A DNA stretch of 58,552 nucleotides, from positions 1 to 58,552 of IMG/VR virus record IMGVR_UViG_3300033181_000002; one strand, given 5' to 3'. Origin of the DNA: a virus (lineage: Duplodnaviria; Caudoviricetes). A program made the position numbers and the translations under genes. The first letter of the stretch is position 1. The number at the start of each line of letters is the position of its first letter. Below the pieces are notes generated by a model. It was not told the DNA's origin. It made no database searches and saw only the letters and a list, made by a program, of their open reading frames with translations. Positions 35,647 through 46,210 of the stretch are shown piece by piece.

Positions 35647-36189
35647 GTGAAGATCGAGGTCAAGTTCTCGGGCTCGAGCCTGGCCGGTTTCGCGGACCGA
35701 GTCGCGGCGCTGGGAGCCCAGGGCCAGGTCGAGCTGGCCCGCGGCCTGAACGAAGCCGGAGATCTCGTCCGGACGCAGGTCCGGCGCGCCCTCAAGGACC
35801 AGATGGGTGTCACCCATTATTCCACGATCGTGGACACCACGGGGTCCAGACCGGCGACCCCGAACGGCACTGGCGTGCTGGACTACGAGATCAACGCTTC
35901 GGCCAAGGGTTTGCGGATCGCCGAGTTCCCTGTCTCGGCGAGCGCCGGGGGACCCGTCACGGCGATGACCTGGGGCGTTCCGCACACGTTTCAGCGGTCT
36001 TTCGTGACGAGCAAGAGGGGCCTCCTGCGCGCCCGCCGCGGGGCCGCTCGGGAGCCGATCCGGACCCTCAAGGGGCCCTCGCCCGCGAAGGAACTGGTCA
36101 AGGGACAGAGTCTCCACACATTCGAGCACGCCGTCGCTTCGGTCGTGGAACCGGTCGTGGTTAGGCGCTTGGCACGGCTCGTGCCGTAG
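35647..36189 (+). CDS. Phage protein (minor tail Z-like / pre-terminase)
   Basis: ARGLN..G...RT.V.R.L and R.G..R.PI..L.GPS motifs. Confidence 0.55.
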   Translation: MKIEVKFSGSSLAGFADRVAALGAQGQVELARGLNEAGDLVRTQVRRALKDQMGVTHYSTIVDTTGSRPATPNGTGVLDYEINASAKGLRIAEFPVSASAGGPVTAMTWGVPHTFQRSFVTSKRGLLRARRGAAREPIRTLKGPSPAKELVKGQSLHTFEHAVASVVEPVVVRRLARLVP

Positions 36190-36413
36190 CCGGCCTGTGC
36201 GAGGCCCATGGGCGAGCATCCGGCCTGTAGAGGTCGTTGAGCAGCGGAGTAGGCAGCATGGGGAGTCACAGGGCCGTTTCGGAGGCACCGCAGGCCGCCT
36301 GTCGGCCCCCCGCCGAGGCAATTGGGTCCTCCCCGGGCGGGGCCGCCCGCCCGCGGGTGCCAAAGCACGCGGAACCCCTCTAGTTCCAGGCTATTTTTTC
36401 GAGGTACGCAGGG

Positions 36414-36989
36414 GTGGCGACGGGGATCTCCGGACGGCAACTCGCCAAGGAGCTTGGGCTGTCCGAGGCCGCGGTCCGCAAAGCGGCCAGGGCAGGGCGC
36501 ATCAAGCCCCTCGCGGATGGCTCCTTCGATGCCGATGCCTGCCGCCAAGCCTGGGGCAAAGCCACCGATCCGGCGCGCACTAAGGTTCGCGAACCTGCGC
36601 ACCAAGGTACGCGCACCCCGGTGCGCACCGCGGAGGAAGCCGAGGCCGCCGTCGCGCTGATCGCGCGGGTGCTGACAGCCGAGGGAATCACTTACTCGGG
36701 CGAGGTCGACTACAACGCGGCCCGCACGGCCGACACGATCCTCAAGGCCTACGAGCGCGACCTGAAGATCGCGCAGCGCCGCAGGGAGCTGGTTCCGATC
36801 GCCAGCGTCAAGGAACACGTCGGGCGAAGCTTCATCGGCCTGCGCCAGGCCATCCAGAGGATTCCGAGCCGCCACGTGCCGGCGATCGCCGCGGAGCTAG
36901 GCTGCGACCCCGCGGCCCTCGACGCGGCCCTGACGAAAGCGATCGCGATCGAACTCGATGCTCTGTCAGCTCCGGTGGTCAGAGCCTGA
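36414..36989 (+). CDS. Terminase small subunit
   Basis: N-terminal HTH (S.RQLAK.LGLS..AVRKA...GRI) and a coiled C-terminus; overlaps the large subunit. Confidence 0.8.
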   Translation: MATGISGRQLAKELGLSEAAVRKAARAGRIKPLADGSFDADACRQAWGKATDPARTKVREPAHQGTRTPVRTAEEAEAAVALIARVLTAEGITYSGEVDYNAARTADTILKAYERDLKIAQRRRELVPIASVKEHVGRSFIGLRQAIQRIPSRHVPAIAAELGCDPAALDAALTKAIAIELDALSAPVVRA

Positions 36990-38904
36990 CACCGCCTACG
37001 CCGGCGCCGACGACGTCGAGGCCGCGCTCCGCGACGCCGTTCGTCCCGACCCGATCCTGACGGTCTCGGAGTGGGCCGACCGCTACCGGATCCTGTCGAC
37101 GAAGCTCGCGGCCGAGGCCGGCCGGTACCGCACGGCCCGCACGCCGTTCCTGCGCGACGTCATGGACGCGCTGTCGCCGACCCATGCGGCCCGGCGGGTC
37201 GTGTTCATGAAGGCGGCCCAGGTCGGGGCCACCGAGGCCGGCAACAACTGGCTCGGCTTCATCATCCATTGGTCGCCAGCGCCTGTCATGGCGGTCTGGC
37301 CGACGGTGGACACCGCGAAAAAGGTCAGCCAGCAGCGTATCGGGCCGCTGATCGAGGACAGCCCCGAGCTTGCGGCGCTGATCGCACCATCGAAGCAGAA
37401 GGACTCCGGCAACACCGTCCTGGCCAAGAGCTTTCCGGGCGGCATCCTGGTGATGACGGGCGCCAACTCCGGCGTCGGGCTCAGGTCCATGCCGGCCCGC
37501 TACGCCTTCCTCGACGAGATCGACGCCTATCCGGGGGACGTCGACGGCGAGGGCGATCCGATCGCGCTGGTGGCCAACCGCACGACGACCTTCGGCCGCT
37601 CGGCCAAGATGTTCCTGGTGTCGACCCCCACGGAGCACGGCGAGAGCCGCATCGAACGCGAGTTCGAGGCCTCCGACCAGCGCCGCTATTTCGTGCCGTG
37701 CCCGCATTGCGGGGCCGAGCAGTGGCTTAGGTTCGAGCGGCTGAAGTGGGAACCGGGCCGGCCCGAGACCGCCGCCTACATCTGCGAGGCCGAGGGCTGC
37801 GAACAGCCGATCTCCGAGCGGCACAAGACCGCCATGCTGGCGGCCGGTCGCTGGCAGCCCACGGCGGAGCCCAAGGACCCGGGCGCCGTCGGGTTCCACA
37901 TTTCGGCGCTCTACTCGCCGCTCGGCTGGCTGTCCTGGGAGGACCTGGCCCGCGAATACGAGGCCGCGGCGGGCGACAATGCCAAGCTGAAGACCTTCAA
38001 GAACACGCGCCTCGGCGAGACCTGGTTCGAGCAGGGCGACCAGCTCGATTGGGAGCGCATCTACGCCCGCCGCGAGTCCTGGCGGCCCGGCACGGTGCCG
38101 CGCGGCGCCAGCTTGCTGATGGCCGCGGTCGACGTCCAGGCGAGCCCAGCCCGACTCGAGCTGCACGTCTGGGGTTTCGGCGAGGCGCTTGAGAGCTGGG
38201 CGATCGACCGTCGTACCTTCCCGGGCGCGGCCGACGATCCCGCCACCTGGCGCGGCGTCGAAGAGGCCCTCGACGACACCTGGACCCACGCGTCCGGCGC
38301 CGAGCTGAGGATCGACCTGCTCGCCGTCGACACCGGCGACCAGACGACCGCGGTCTACAGCTGGATCGCCAAGCAGGACCAGGCCCGCGTGCTCGCCATC
38401 AAGGGCAAGCGCGGCTTCGAGATCAACGCCCCGGTGGGGACGCCCACCTACATCGCGCTCGGTAACCGTCGCAAGGCCATCGCGCTCCGCACCGTCACGG
38501 GCGACGTGTTCAAGGCCGAACTCTACCGCTTCCTGGCGCTGCCCCGGCCGACCGACGAGGAGGTCGCGGGATCGGGCTATCCGCCCGGTACCGTCCACAT
38601 CCCGGACCATCTCGACGCCGAATGGTGCCGGCAGCTCGTCGCCGAGCGTCGCGTCCGCCTGAAATCCGGGCGGTTCGAGTGGCGCAAGGAGCACCTGCGT
38701 AACGAGGCCCTCGACTGCCGGGTCTACGCCCGCGCGGCGCTGTGGACCTTGGGCGTCGCGGCCTGGAAGCCGACGAAGTGGCGCAATCTGCGTGATCGCC
38801 GCGGCCTCGACCACGTACCGGTCGAATCCGCCCCTGTGCCCCCAAGGCCTCCGCCAGTGCGGGCACCCGCCCGCCGGGTGGTACGTTCCAACTACATGAG
38901 ATGA
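36958..38904 (+). CDS. Terminase large subunit (lambda GpA family)
   Basis: LTVSEWAD, KAAQVGATE, LDEID, STPT, VPCPHCG and RNEALDCRVY motifs. Confidence 0.96.
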   Translation: MLCQLRWSEPDTAYAGADDVEAALRDAVRPDPILTVSEWADRYRILSTKLAAEAGRYRTARTPFLRDVMDALSPTHAARRVVFMKAAQVGATEAGNNWLGFIIHWSPAPVMAVWPTVDTAKKVSQQRIGPLIEDSPELAALIAPSKQKDSGNTVLAKSFPGGILVMTGANSGVGLRSMPARYAFLDEIDAYPGDVDGEGDPIALVANRTTTFGRSAKMFLVSTPTEHGESRIEREFEASDQRRYFVPCPHCGAEQWLRFERLKWEPGRPETAAYICEAEGCEQPISERHKTAMLAAGRWQPTAEPKDPGAVGFHISALYSPLGWLSWEDLAREYEAAAGDNAKLKTFKNTRLGETWFEQGDQLDWERIYARRESWRPGTVPRGASLLMAAVDVQASPARLELHVWGFGEALESWAIDRRTFPGAADDPATWRGVEEALDDTWTHASGAELRIDLLAVDTGDQTTAVYSWIAKQDQARVLAIKGKRGFEINAPVGTPTYIALGNRRKAIALRTVTGDVFKAELYRFLALPRPTDEEVAGSGYPPGTVHIPDHLDAEWCRQLVAERRVRLKSGRFEWRKEHLRNEALDCRVYARAALWTLGVAAWKPTKWRNLRDRRGLDHVPVESAPVPPRPPPVRAPARRVVRSNYMR

Positions 38905-39143
38905 CCATGCCCACGAGCGACCCGCTGGCTCAGATCGCGGCGCTTCAGGCCACCATCGCGCAATGCACTGCGTTGCTGAACAGCGGCACGACCCAGGCGG
39001 CCGAGAACGGCCGCATGATGCGTTTCGATCTGACGGTGGTACGCCAGCAACTCAATGATGCCACTACCCAGCTCGCCCTGCTGACGACCGCGCCGCGGCA
39101 GGTCCGCCGCCTCCTGACGTCGACCCCCTCCCGAGGCTATTGA
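38901..39143 (+). CDS. Head-tail joining protein (gpW-like)
   Basis: Small ORF between terminase and portal. Confidence 0.6.
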   Translation: MTMPTSDPLAQIAALQATIAQCTALLNSGTTQAAENGRMMRFDLTVVRQQLNDATTQLALLTTAPRQVRRLLTSTPSRGY

Positions 39144-39144
39144 G

Positions 39145-40818
39145 GTGGGCTTCTGGTCCGGCCTCCTGGGTGCGGCCCCGGCCCCGGTTCGCCGCAAAGC
39201 CACGGCCCTGTTCGGCCGGGGCTACAACGCCTCGCAGCTCGGCCGCCGCCTGCGCGGCTGGGATGCCGAGCGACGCACCATCAATGCGCTGCTCGCGGCT
39301 GGTGGCGAGCAACTGCGCGCCCGGTCCCGGCAACTCTGCCGCGAGAACCCCTACGCCAGTAGTGCCTGCGAATCCTTCACGGCCGCCGGGGTCGGCTCGG
39401 GGATCAAGCCGTCGTCGCTGCACGGCGACGCCGACACGCAGGTCGCCATCCAGGACACCTGGCTGCGCTGGACCGACGAAGCCGACGCCGATGGGCTGAC
39501 CGATTTCTATGGGCTGCAGGCGCTCGCCACGCGCGGCATGTTCGAAGCCGGGGAAGTCTTCGTCCGGTTCCGCCCGCGCCGTCCCTCGGACGGCCTGTCG
39601 GTCCCGCTGCAGCTTCAGCTCCTCGAAAGCGAGATGCTGAGCTTCACCTACAACGGGGTCTGCGACACCACCGGCAACATCATTCGCGAGGGCATCGAGT
39701 TCGACCCTATCGGCCGGCGGGTCGCCTACCACTTCTACAAGTCACACCCGGGCGAAATCTATCCGGTCATCTTCGATTTCAGCTACAACCGGGTGCCGGC
39801 CTCGGAGGTGCTGCACCTCTACAAGCCGCTTCGGCCCGGCCAGATCCGCGGGCAGCCGCAGATCACGCCGTCGATGGTACGGCTTTACCTGCTTGACCTC
39901 TACGACGACGCCGAACTGGACCGCAAGAAGGTCGCGGCGATGTTCGCCGGCTTCGTCACCAAGAAGTCGCCGACGTCGGACACCCCCTTGGAGCTGCGGG
40001 CCGGCGAGGGCGCACTCTCCGAGCCGGTGCCGCCGGGATCCGCCATCGCGCCCCTTGAGCCCGGCATGATCCAGGTGCTCGAGGAAGGCGAGGACATCAC
40101 CTTCTCCAATCCCACGGAGGTCGGCGGTTCCTACGAGGCCTTCCAGTGGCGCAACCTGCTGGCCATCGCGGCTGGCTGCGGCGTGCCGTATTTCGACGTG
40201 ACGTCGGACACGAGCCAGTCCAATTATTCGTCGAGCCGCGAGGCGCAGGTCGCCTATCGGCGCCGCATGGACCAGTTCCAGCACCAGACGCTGGTGTTCC
40301 AGCTCTGCCGCCCGGTGTGGCAGCGATGGTTCGCGGTCGCGACCCTCACAAAAGCCATCCCGATCGCGGCGCGCGACCTCGCGGCCAAGCCTGCCGAGAC
40401 CACGAAGGTCAAGTGGATCCCTCCGAAATGGGAATGGGTGGATCCCTTCAAGGACCGCAAGGCCGCGCAGATCGCTGTCCAGGAAGGGTGGATCTCCCGT
40501 TCCGACGTCATCGAGGCGGAGGGCGAGGAGCCGATCCAGAACGACAAGCGCATCCAAGCCGACCGTCAGCGCGAACTCGCCATGGACCTCGGTTTCCGCC
40601 CGGCGACGATCCGCGAAAACGTCAACATCGCGGCCAGCGCCGACAGCCCCGACGCCGCCGTCAAGGCCGCTACCAGCGCGGGCGACGCCGCCAGCGGCGA
40701 AGACGGCAGCGCACCGGCGGCCGGCGATCCACTCACGGACGATTCGAAGAGCACCAAGTCCGGCGCTGCGCGCTCCGGCGGCGCCAAGGCGCGGGCCCGC
40801 GCCCTCCGCGCGGCCTGA
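39145..40818 (+). CDS. Portal protein (lambda family)
   Basis: LRARSRQL.RENPYA, RPGQIRG.P, NYSSSR and WVDP.KD motifs. Confidence 0.95.
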   Translation: MGFWSGLLGAAPAPVRRKATALFGRGYNASQLGRRLRGWDAERRTINALLAAGGEQLRARSRQLCRENPYASSACESFTAAGVGSGIKPSSLHGDADTQVAIQDTWLRWTDEADADGLTDFYGLQALATRGMFEAGEVFVRFRPRRPSDGLSVPLQLQLLESEMLSFTYNGVCDTTGNIIREGIEFDPIGRRVAYHFYKSHPGEIYPVIFDFSYNRVPASEVLHLYKPLRPGQIRGQPQITPSMVRLYLLDLYDDAELDRKKVAAMFAGFVTKKSPTSDTPLELRAGEGALSEPVPPGSAIAPLEPGMIQVLEEGEDITFSNPTEVGGSYEAFQWRNLLAIAAGCGVPYFDVTSDTSQSNYSSSREAQVAYRRRMDQFQHQTLVFQLCRPVWQRWFAVATLTKAIPIAARDLAAKPAETTKVKWIPPKWEWVDPFKDRKAAQIAVQEGWISRSDVIEAEGEEPIQNDKRIQADRQRELAMDLGFRPATIRENVNIAASADSPDAAVKAATSAGDAASGEDGSAPAAGDPLTDDSKSTKSGAARSGGAKARARALRAA

Positions 40819-40832
40819 CACAGGAATTCGAC

Positions 40833-42074
40833 ATGGCCTGCACGGTGAACGGCGCCACGATCATCCTGTCGGGCGATGTCGGCGACATGGGCTGGTATTT
40901 CGACGACGACCGCGGCTTCACCGCGTCAGACGTCATCGGCGCCCTGGCCCAGGTCGGCGACCGCACGGACGTGACGATCCGGCTGAACAGCGGCGGCGGC
41001 ATCGCCACCGAGGGCTCGGCCATCCATGCGGCGCTGGCCCGTCACAAGGGCCGCAAGACCGTGGTCGTGGAAGGCATCGCGGCCTCGGCCGCCTCCGTCC
41101 TCGCCATGGCGGGCGACGAAGTGGTGATGAGCCTCGGCGCTCTGCTCATGATCCACGACCCATCGGGCTACACGATCGGTACGGTTGTCGAGCACCAGCA
41201 GCAGATCAACGCGCTCACGGCCCTGGCCGACGCCATGTCGACCATCTACGCCGCGAAATCCGGCATGACGGCGGAAGCCTGCCGGGCCGACATGCAGGCC
41301 GAGCTCTGGATGACGGCCGACCAGGCTGTCGCCAAGGGCTACGCCAACCGTGTCGAGACCCCCGCGGACGACCTTCCGCAGCCGGCCGAGCCGGCGCCCT
41401 TCAACTACACCGCCTACGCCCATGCGCCGGCCCGCATGGTCGCGCTGGCGCGCGCCAAGCACTGGGACCGGGACCGCACCAAGCCGGTCGCCCCGGCCGC
41501 CCCCCTCACTCTCGAACACGAGGCCATCATGCCGACGAAAGAAGAGATCCAGGCTCGCATCGATGCCGCCTTGGCGGCCGACCGCGAGAAGAACAAGACC
41601 GCGGCTGCCGCCGCTGCGGTCGTGAGCGACCCTGTCGGGGCTGCCGCCACGGCGGTCTCGCGCTCCGACGCCGCGGCGATCGCCAAGGCCTGCGTCGACG
41701 CCGGCGTACCCGGAATGACGGCCTCGCTGCTCGCCGAGGGCGCCACCCTGGCGCAGGCCACCGCCAAGATCGGCGCCGCCGGCCGGATCAAGGACATGGT
41801 GGCGCTGGCCCGTCAGACCAATTCGTCGATTCCAGCGGAACTCGCCGATGCGATGATCGCCCAAGGCAAGACGGTCGAGCAGGCCACTGCGGCGCTGTTC
41901 GACCAGATGGTGGCCCGGGGGGCGGGCTCCTCCGACGAGGGCATGCGCACCATGCACCGCTCGGGCGCCGGCGGCAGCGATCAGCCCGGCGGCGCCGCGA
42001 GTGACAGCGTCGCCCGGAGCCGTGCCGACATGGTCGCGCAGGTGAAGCGCGACGGCATGATCCCGAACGTCTGA
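40833..42074 (+). CDS. ClpP-like head maturation protease with scaffold C-terminus
   Basis: RLNSGGG, GIAASAASV, LMIHDP and ELWMTA.QAV..GYA motifs. Confidence 0.92.
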   Translation: MACTVNGATIILSGDVGDMGWYFDDDRGFTASDVIGALAQVGDRTDVTIRLNSGGGIATEGSAIHAALARHKGRKTVVVEGIAASAASVLAMAGDEVVMSLGALLMIHDPSGYTIGTVVEHQQQINALTALADAMSTIYAAKSGMTAEACRADMQAELWMTADQAVAKGYANRVETPADDLPQPAEPAPFNYTAYAHAPARMVALARAKHWDRDRTKPVAPAAPLTLEHEAIMPTKEEIQARIDAALAADREKNKTAAAAAAVVSDPVGAAATAVSRSDAAAIAKACVDAGVPGMTASLLAEGATLAQATAKIGAAGRIKDMVALARQTNSSIPAELADAMIAQGKTVEQATAALFDQMVARGAGSSDEGMRTMHRSGAGGSDQPGGAASDSVARSRADMVAQVKRDGMIPNV

Positions 42075-42087
42075 GGAGGGCTGAACC

Positions 42088-42480
42088 ATGTCCATCACGC
42101 TCGACAGCCCGAATTATGCCAGCGACTGGCTCAAGGGCGAGTCTGCCTACGGCGAATATTCCTCGCGCGACCAGGCCGTCCTGGCCGCGGGCCAGGGCGT
42201 CGTCGTCACCGGCACGCCGCTCGGTCTGCGCACCGCCGACAGCAAATACGTGATCATGGCGGCCGGCACGACCGACGGATCACAGACCTTCGACGGTATC
42301 CTGTTCAACCAGGCCGTCGACACGAGCCTCGGCGACCAGACGGTCGTGGTGGTCGATGGCGATGCCACGGTGATGCACCAGGGTCTCGTCTGGGGCCCGA
42401 CCATCAACACGCCCGCGCTTCGTGCCGCCGCTGTCGCCCAGATGGCGGCCAAGAACATCAAGGATCGGCAGGGAGCCTGA
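42088..42480 (+). CDS. Head decoration protein
   Basis: SRD..VL..G.....GT.LG and DGSQ...GIL motifs; synteny. Confidence 0.85.
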   Translation: MSITLDSPNYASDWLKGESAYGEYSSRDQAVLAAGQGVVVTGTPLGLRTADSKYVIMAAGTTDGSQTFDGILFNQAVDTSLGDQTVVVVDGDATVMHQGLVWGPTINTPALRAAAVAQMAAKNIKDRQGA

Positions 42481-42595
42481 GGTCCCGCCGGCCCCGTGCC
42501 GGCTCTTAAGTCTCTCCGTCGGGCGGATGTGCCGCCGTCTTTCCGTCCATCAAGGGCTGCCTCCGGGCGGCCCTTTTCTTTGAGGGCCCGTCGCC

Positions 42596-43651
42596 GTGCC
42601 GAACATCATCCTCGACATCTTTAACGACGCGGCGTTCGGCGCCACGGCGCTGACCGACAACGTCAACATCGTGCCCAACATGTACGGCCGTATCAACCAG
42701 CTCGGCCTGTTCAAGCCGGAGCCGATCCCGACCACGTCGGTCGCGATCGAGATCGACAACGGTGTGCTGAACCTCCTGCCGACCCGGCAGCGCGGCGCGC
42801 CGCCGACCTTCGGCACGGCCGAGAAGCGCCACCTCAAGAGCTTCATCGTGCCGCATATTCCGCACGACGACTCGGTCCTGACCTCCGACGTGCAGAACAT
42901 GTTCGCCTGGACCCAGGGCTTGGCGCAGCGCACCCTCGAGACGGTGATCGGTTACGCCAACCGCAAGCTCATCAGCATGCGGCGCAAGCATGCCATCACG
43001 CTCGAGAACCTGCGCATGGGTGCCATCCGCGGCATCATCCTCGACGCCGACGGCAGCGTACTGCTGAACCTCTTCACCGAATTCGGCGTGCCCCAGCAGG
43101 CCTTCGACTTCCAGCTTGGTACGGCGTCGACCGACGTCGGCACCGTGGTCCGCACCGTGAAGGGCTACATGGAAGACAACCTCATGGGCGAGACCATGAC
43201 GAGTGTCGGCGCCGTCGCGTCCCCGAGCTGGTTCGCACGCTTCGTCAGCCATTCCAGCGTGCGCGACGCCTACAAATTCTTCACCGCGACGCAGAACCCG
43301 CTCCGCGACGATGTGCGCCGCGGGTTCCCCTTCCAGGGTGTGGAGTTCGAGGAATACCGCGGCTACGCCACCTACCTCAACGAGGACAAGACCACCACGA
43401 AGACGCTGTTCGTGCCCGACGGCGACGTGCGCTTCTTCCCGATGGGGACCACCGAGACCTTCTCCAACTACTGGTCGCCGCCGGACTTCATCTACGAGGA
43501 GAACAAGGCGCCCGCCATCACCTCGGAAGTGTTCGTCGCCCCGCTGGAGCCCAAGCGATTCGGCAAGGGCGTGGACATCCACACCGAATCGAACCCCCTG
43601 CCGATCTGCAAGCGCCCCGCGCTGCTGGTCCGCGGGTACTCCAGCACCTAG
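42596..43651 (+). CDS. Major capsid protein (lambda E family)
   Basis: LT..VN..P, LGLF, T.E..R.GA..G.ILDADG and ESNPLPIC.RP motifs. Confidence 0.93.
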   Translation: MPNIILDIFNDAAFGATALTDNVNIVPNMYGRINQLGLFKPEPIPTTSVAIEIDNGVLNLLPTRQRGAPPTFGTAEKRHLKSFIVPHIPHDDSVLTSDVQNMFAWTQGLAQRTLETVIGYANRKLISMRRKHAITLENLRMGAIRGIILDADGSVLLNLFTEFGVPQQAFDFQLGTASTDVGTVVRTVKGYMEDNLMGETMTSVGAVASPSWFARFVSHSSVRDAYKFFTATQNPLRDDVRRGFPFQGVEFEEYRGYATYLNEDKTTTKTLFVPDGDVRFFPMGTTETFSNYWSPPDFIYEENKAPAITSEVFVAPLEPKRFGKGVDIHTESNPLPICKRPALLVRGYSST

Positions 43652-43725
43652 CCACCGACGAGCCTACTTACTTCCGTGGTCTGACCGCCTGGCCAGACTG
43701 TGTCTGTACCTGAGGGAGCGCCGCC

Positions 43726-44082
43726 ATGTCGATGAAGCTGAGCAAGAAGGGCGAGGCGCCCAAGCCGGACGATGCCGAGGCGATCGCGGCCGTGCCGTTC
43801 TTCCCTTGGGACCACGCCCTCAAGACGCTCGGGACCGGCGACTACGATGTCGTCGGTAATCCACGAGACGGCCGCGGTCCGGACCAGCCCGGCGCGCAGT
43901 CACCTGCGCCGGGCACCGATCCAGTCGAGGGGAAAGAAAGCGCGCCCGACGGTCAGGTCCTGACCAACCTGACCAAGGTTTCGGCCACCGCCAAGGTCGA
44001 CGCCGGCCTGCCCGCCTCACCTGCTCCGGCCAAGAACGACGCGCCGGCGCCGCCCAAGGTCGCGGCTCCGGCCACCAATTAG
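43726..44082 (+). CDS. Pro/Ala-rich hypothetical virion-associated protein
   Basis: GGAG ribosome-binding site; position after the capsid gene. Confidence 0.55.
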   Translation: MSMKLSKKGEAPKPDDAEAIAAVPFFPWDHALKTLGTGDYDVVGNPRDGRGPDQPGAQSPAPGTDPVEGKESAPDGQVLTNLTKVSATAKVDAGLPASPAPAKNDAPAPPKVAAPATN

Positions 44083-44100
44083 GTCGACGCGGGCACGCCC

Positions 44101-44514
44101 GTGAACGCTTTCGCTTCGGCCTTTGGCGCCTTGCAGCCGGCCTTCGACGCCGCTTTCGGCGAGCCCGTGCTGATCGAGCCGCAGGTCGTGACGGCGCGCC
44201 GCAACCGCTATGTCGCAGGCGGCGCCGATCCGGCCAGGCAGCCGCGCCAGGTCACCGGCATCTTCCGCGGCCAGACCGTGGCCGACCGCGTGCAGAGCGG
44301 CGCCACCAACAGCGAGACCGCCGACGTGCTGGCCCAGCAGACCACGGTGGACTTCGCCGCGGCGCTGTTCGACGACACCACCATGCCCCAGGAGGGGTGG
44401 GTCGTGGTGCTGACCTCCCGTCCCGGCCAGCCCCGCTGGCGCATCGCGGCCGTGAAGCCGGACTTCGTGGCCAGGATCGTCTGCTCCCTGACCTTCCTGG
44501 ACAACAGTGCATGA
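44101..44514 (+). CDS. Head-tail joining / head closure protein
   Basis: Size, synteny and beta-rich sequence. Confidence 0.55.
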   Translation: MNAFASAFGALQPAFDAAFGEPVLIEPQVVTARRNRYVAGGADPARQPRQVTGIFRGQTVADRVQSGATNSETADVLAQQTTVDFAAALFDDTTMPQEGWVVVLTSRPGQPRWRIAAVKPDFVARIVCSLTFLDNSA

Positions 44515-44596
44515 GCCTCGCCTCCTTCGCGGTGCGGCTCATCCGCCCGCCTGTCTCCCTGGCTGACCCATGAGCCTCGCCTCCTTCGCGGTGCGG
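44510..44596 (+). repeat. 28-bp direct repeat of a gene start
   Basis: CATGAGCCTCGCCTCCTTCGCGGTGCGG at 44510-44537 and 44569-44596. Confidence 0.9.
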
Positions 44597-45382
44597 ATCT
44601 GCACGGTCGAGGCGCTCCGTGGCCAGACCTTCGCGGGCGATTCCATCGAGGACAGCCCGATCGACCCGATCGCGCTCGCCGTCACGGCGGCGTCGCCCGT
44701 CATCGCTGTGTTCTCGGACGGCGAGGCCCTGCAGCCGGCCGGCACGTCGTTCCTGGCGAGCCGCGACGACGGAAGGGGCCACACCGTCGACCTCACAATG
44801 CACGTCTTCCTGCCCACGGATCCTGTAATTCGGGTCGACGGCCAGGCCCCGATCGCGCTGGAGGGCCGCGAATCCGGCGCCGCCGTTGCGGTCGACCTCA
44901 TCCACCGCCAGATCGAGCGGGCGCTGGGCCTCAACGACGGCGTCTGGGCGGACCTGTGGCGCCGCGCCGTGATCGGCATCGTGTCGATCGAGGCCAAGGC
45001 CTACGTCCTGCAGACCGACAAGGGCGTGCGCCTGCCGGCCCGCGAGATCCTGCTGCGGCTCGACGTGCTCGACAGCCCCGAGTTCGGCGACGGAGCGAGC
45101 GACTTCTGGCCCGACTTCGTCGCTGCCATGGAGGGGTCCGACGACCTCGCGCCCCTGGCCGCCGTGGTGGCCGGGGCGATCCGGGGCGACGCGCTGCCGT
45201 CCTGGCGGGACACGCAGGCGCTGCTCGGCCTGCGCGACCGCGACATGCAGGCCATCGGCCTCGGGCCGATCGGCGGCACCCAGGCCGACGACGTCGTGCC
45301 GATGGCGTCGGCCGCTCTCGACGACACCGCGGAGGGCGCGCCCGACCCGGTCTATTCCGTCACCTCGAGCGGCACGCCGTGA
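44570..45382 (+). CDS. Putative tail completion/terminator protein
   Basis: Synteny; P.IAV..D motif. Confidence 0.55.
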   Translation: MSLASFAVRICTVEALRGQTFAGDSIEDSPIDPIALAVTAASPVIAVFSDGEALQPAGTSFLASRDDGRGHTVDLTMHVFLPTDPVIRVDGQAPIALEGRESGAAVAVDLIHRQIERALGLNDGVWADLWRRAVIGIVSIEAKAYVLQTDKGVRLPAREILLRLDVLDSPEFGDGASDFWPDFVAAMEGSDDLAPLAAVVAGAIRGDALPSWRDTQALLGLRDRDMQAIGLGPIGGTQADDVVPMASAALDDTAEGAPDPVYSVTSSGTP

Positions 45383-45936
45383 GCGACGACCACGGCGACC
45401 ACATCGGGCAGCTCTACGACCGCATCGCCCAGCTGGAGGGACGGCTGGAGCGCATGTTCCGGCCCGGCACCGTGACCGACGTCGACGTCTCCGATCCGTC
45501 GAAGCCGCGCGCCCGCATCGGCGTCGGAGTCGACGATCAAGGCCAGCCCGTCAAGGGACCGTCGGTGCCGTTCTCGACCTTCGCGGGCGCCCGCAATGTC
45601 CATTCGCCGGTCTCGGTCGGCCAGCAGATGATGCAGCTCGCGCCCGACGGCGACTTCGAGCAGGCCGTGCTGCTGCCCCTCGGCCATTCCGACCAGGTGA
45701 AGGCGCCCTCGACCGACCCCGGCACCTTCGTCGACGGCACCGGGGGCACCGACATCCGCTTCAAGGACGGCAAGCACCAGGTCAAGGCCGGCGACAAGGC
45801 GGCCCACCTCGTTACCGACAAGGGGCAGCGTCTCGCGGTCGAGGACATCTCCAAGCTGGTCATCAAGATCGGCAACCAGGCCTTCATGCTCAAGATGAGC
45901 GCGCTGCAGCCGACCCAGGACCTCGACGACTTCTGA
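45379..45936 (+). CDS. Baseplate assembly protein V (spike)
   Basis: R.GTVTDVD, AG.......SVGQQ and PDGD motifs. Confidence 0.8.
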   Translation: MSDDHGDHIGQLYDRIAQLEGRLERMFRPGTVTDVDVSDPSKPRARIGVGVDDQGQPVKGPSVPFSTFAGARNVHSPVSVGQQMMQLAPDGDFEQAVLLPLGHSDQVKAPSTDPGTFVDGTGGTDIRFKDGKHQVKAGDKAAHLVTDKGQRLAVEDISKLVIKIGNQAFMLKMSALQPTQDLDDF

Positions 45937-45948
45937 AGCGAGCAGAGC

Positions 45949-46206
45949 ATGAAACGAAGCGACCTCCCGGACGTGGCGTTCACGATCACGCCCTCCGGGA
46001 GCGTGCAGCCTTTATTCCGCGGCCGGGGTGTCGGCGTCGTGTTGCAGGCTGAGGTGAAGCCCGGTGGACCCGACCACTCTTTCACGCATGTTCTTGAGCT
46101 GAAGTTAGGTCTGCGCAGCGGCGAGCCAGTCCCCTGGGGAACGCTGGTCGACATCGTGAATCGGGAACTGGCCGATGGAAGCTATCCTACCCTGCTGAAG
46201 GGCTGA
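45949..46206 (+). CDS. Small inserted hypothetical protein
   Basis: Lower-GC 85-aa ORF between V and W. Confidence 0.45.
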   Translation: MKRSDLPDVAFTITPSGSVQPLFRGRGVGVVLQAEVKPGGPDHSFTHVLELKLGLRSGEPVPWGTLVDIVNRELADGSYPTLLKG

Positions 46207-46210
46207 ACCG

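Noticed and set aside
36320-36400. cos packaging site upstream of the terminase
   Set aside because: Position and a GGGTCCT...GCGGG motif are suggestive, but the cut site cannot be defined from sequence alone.
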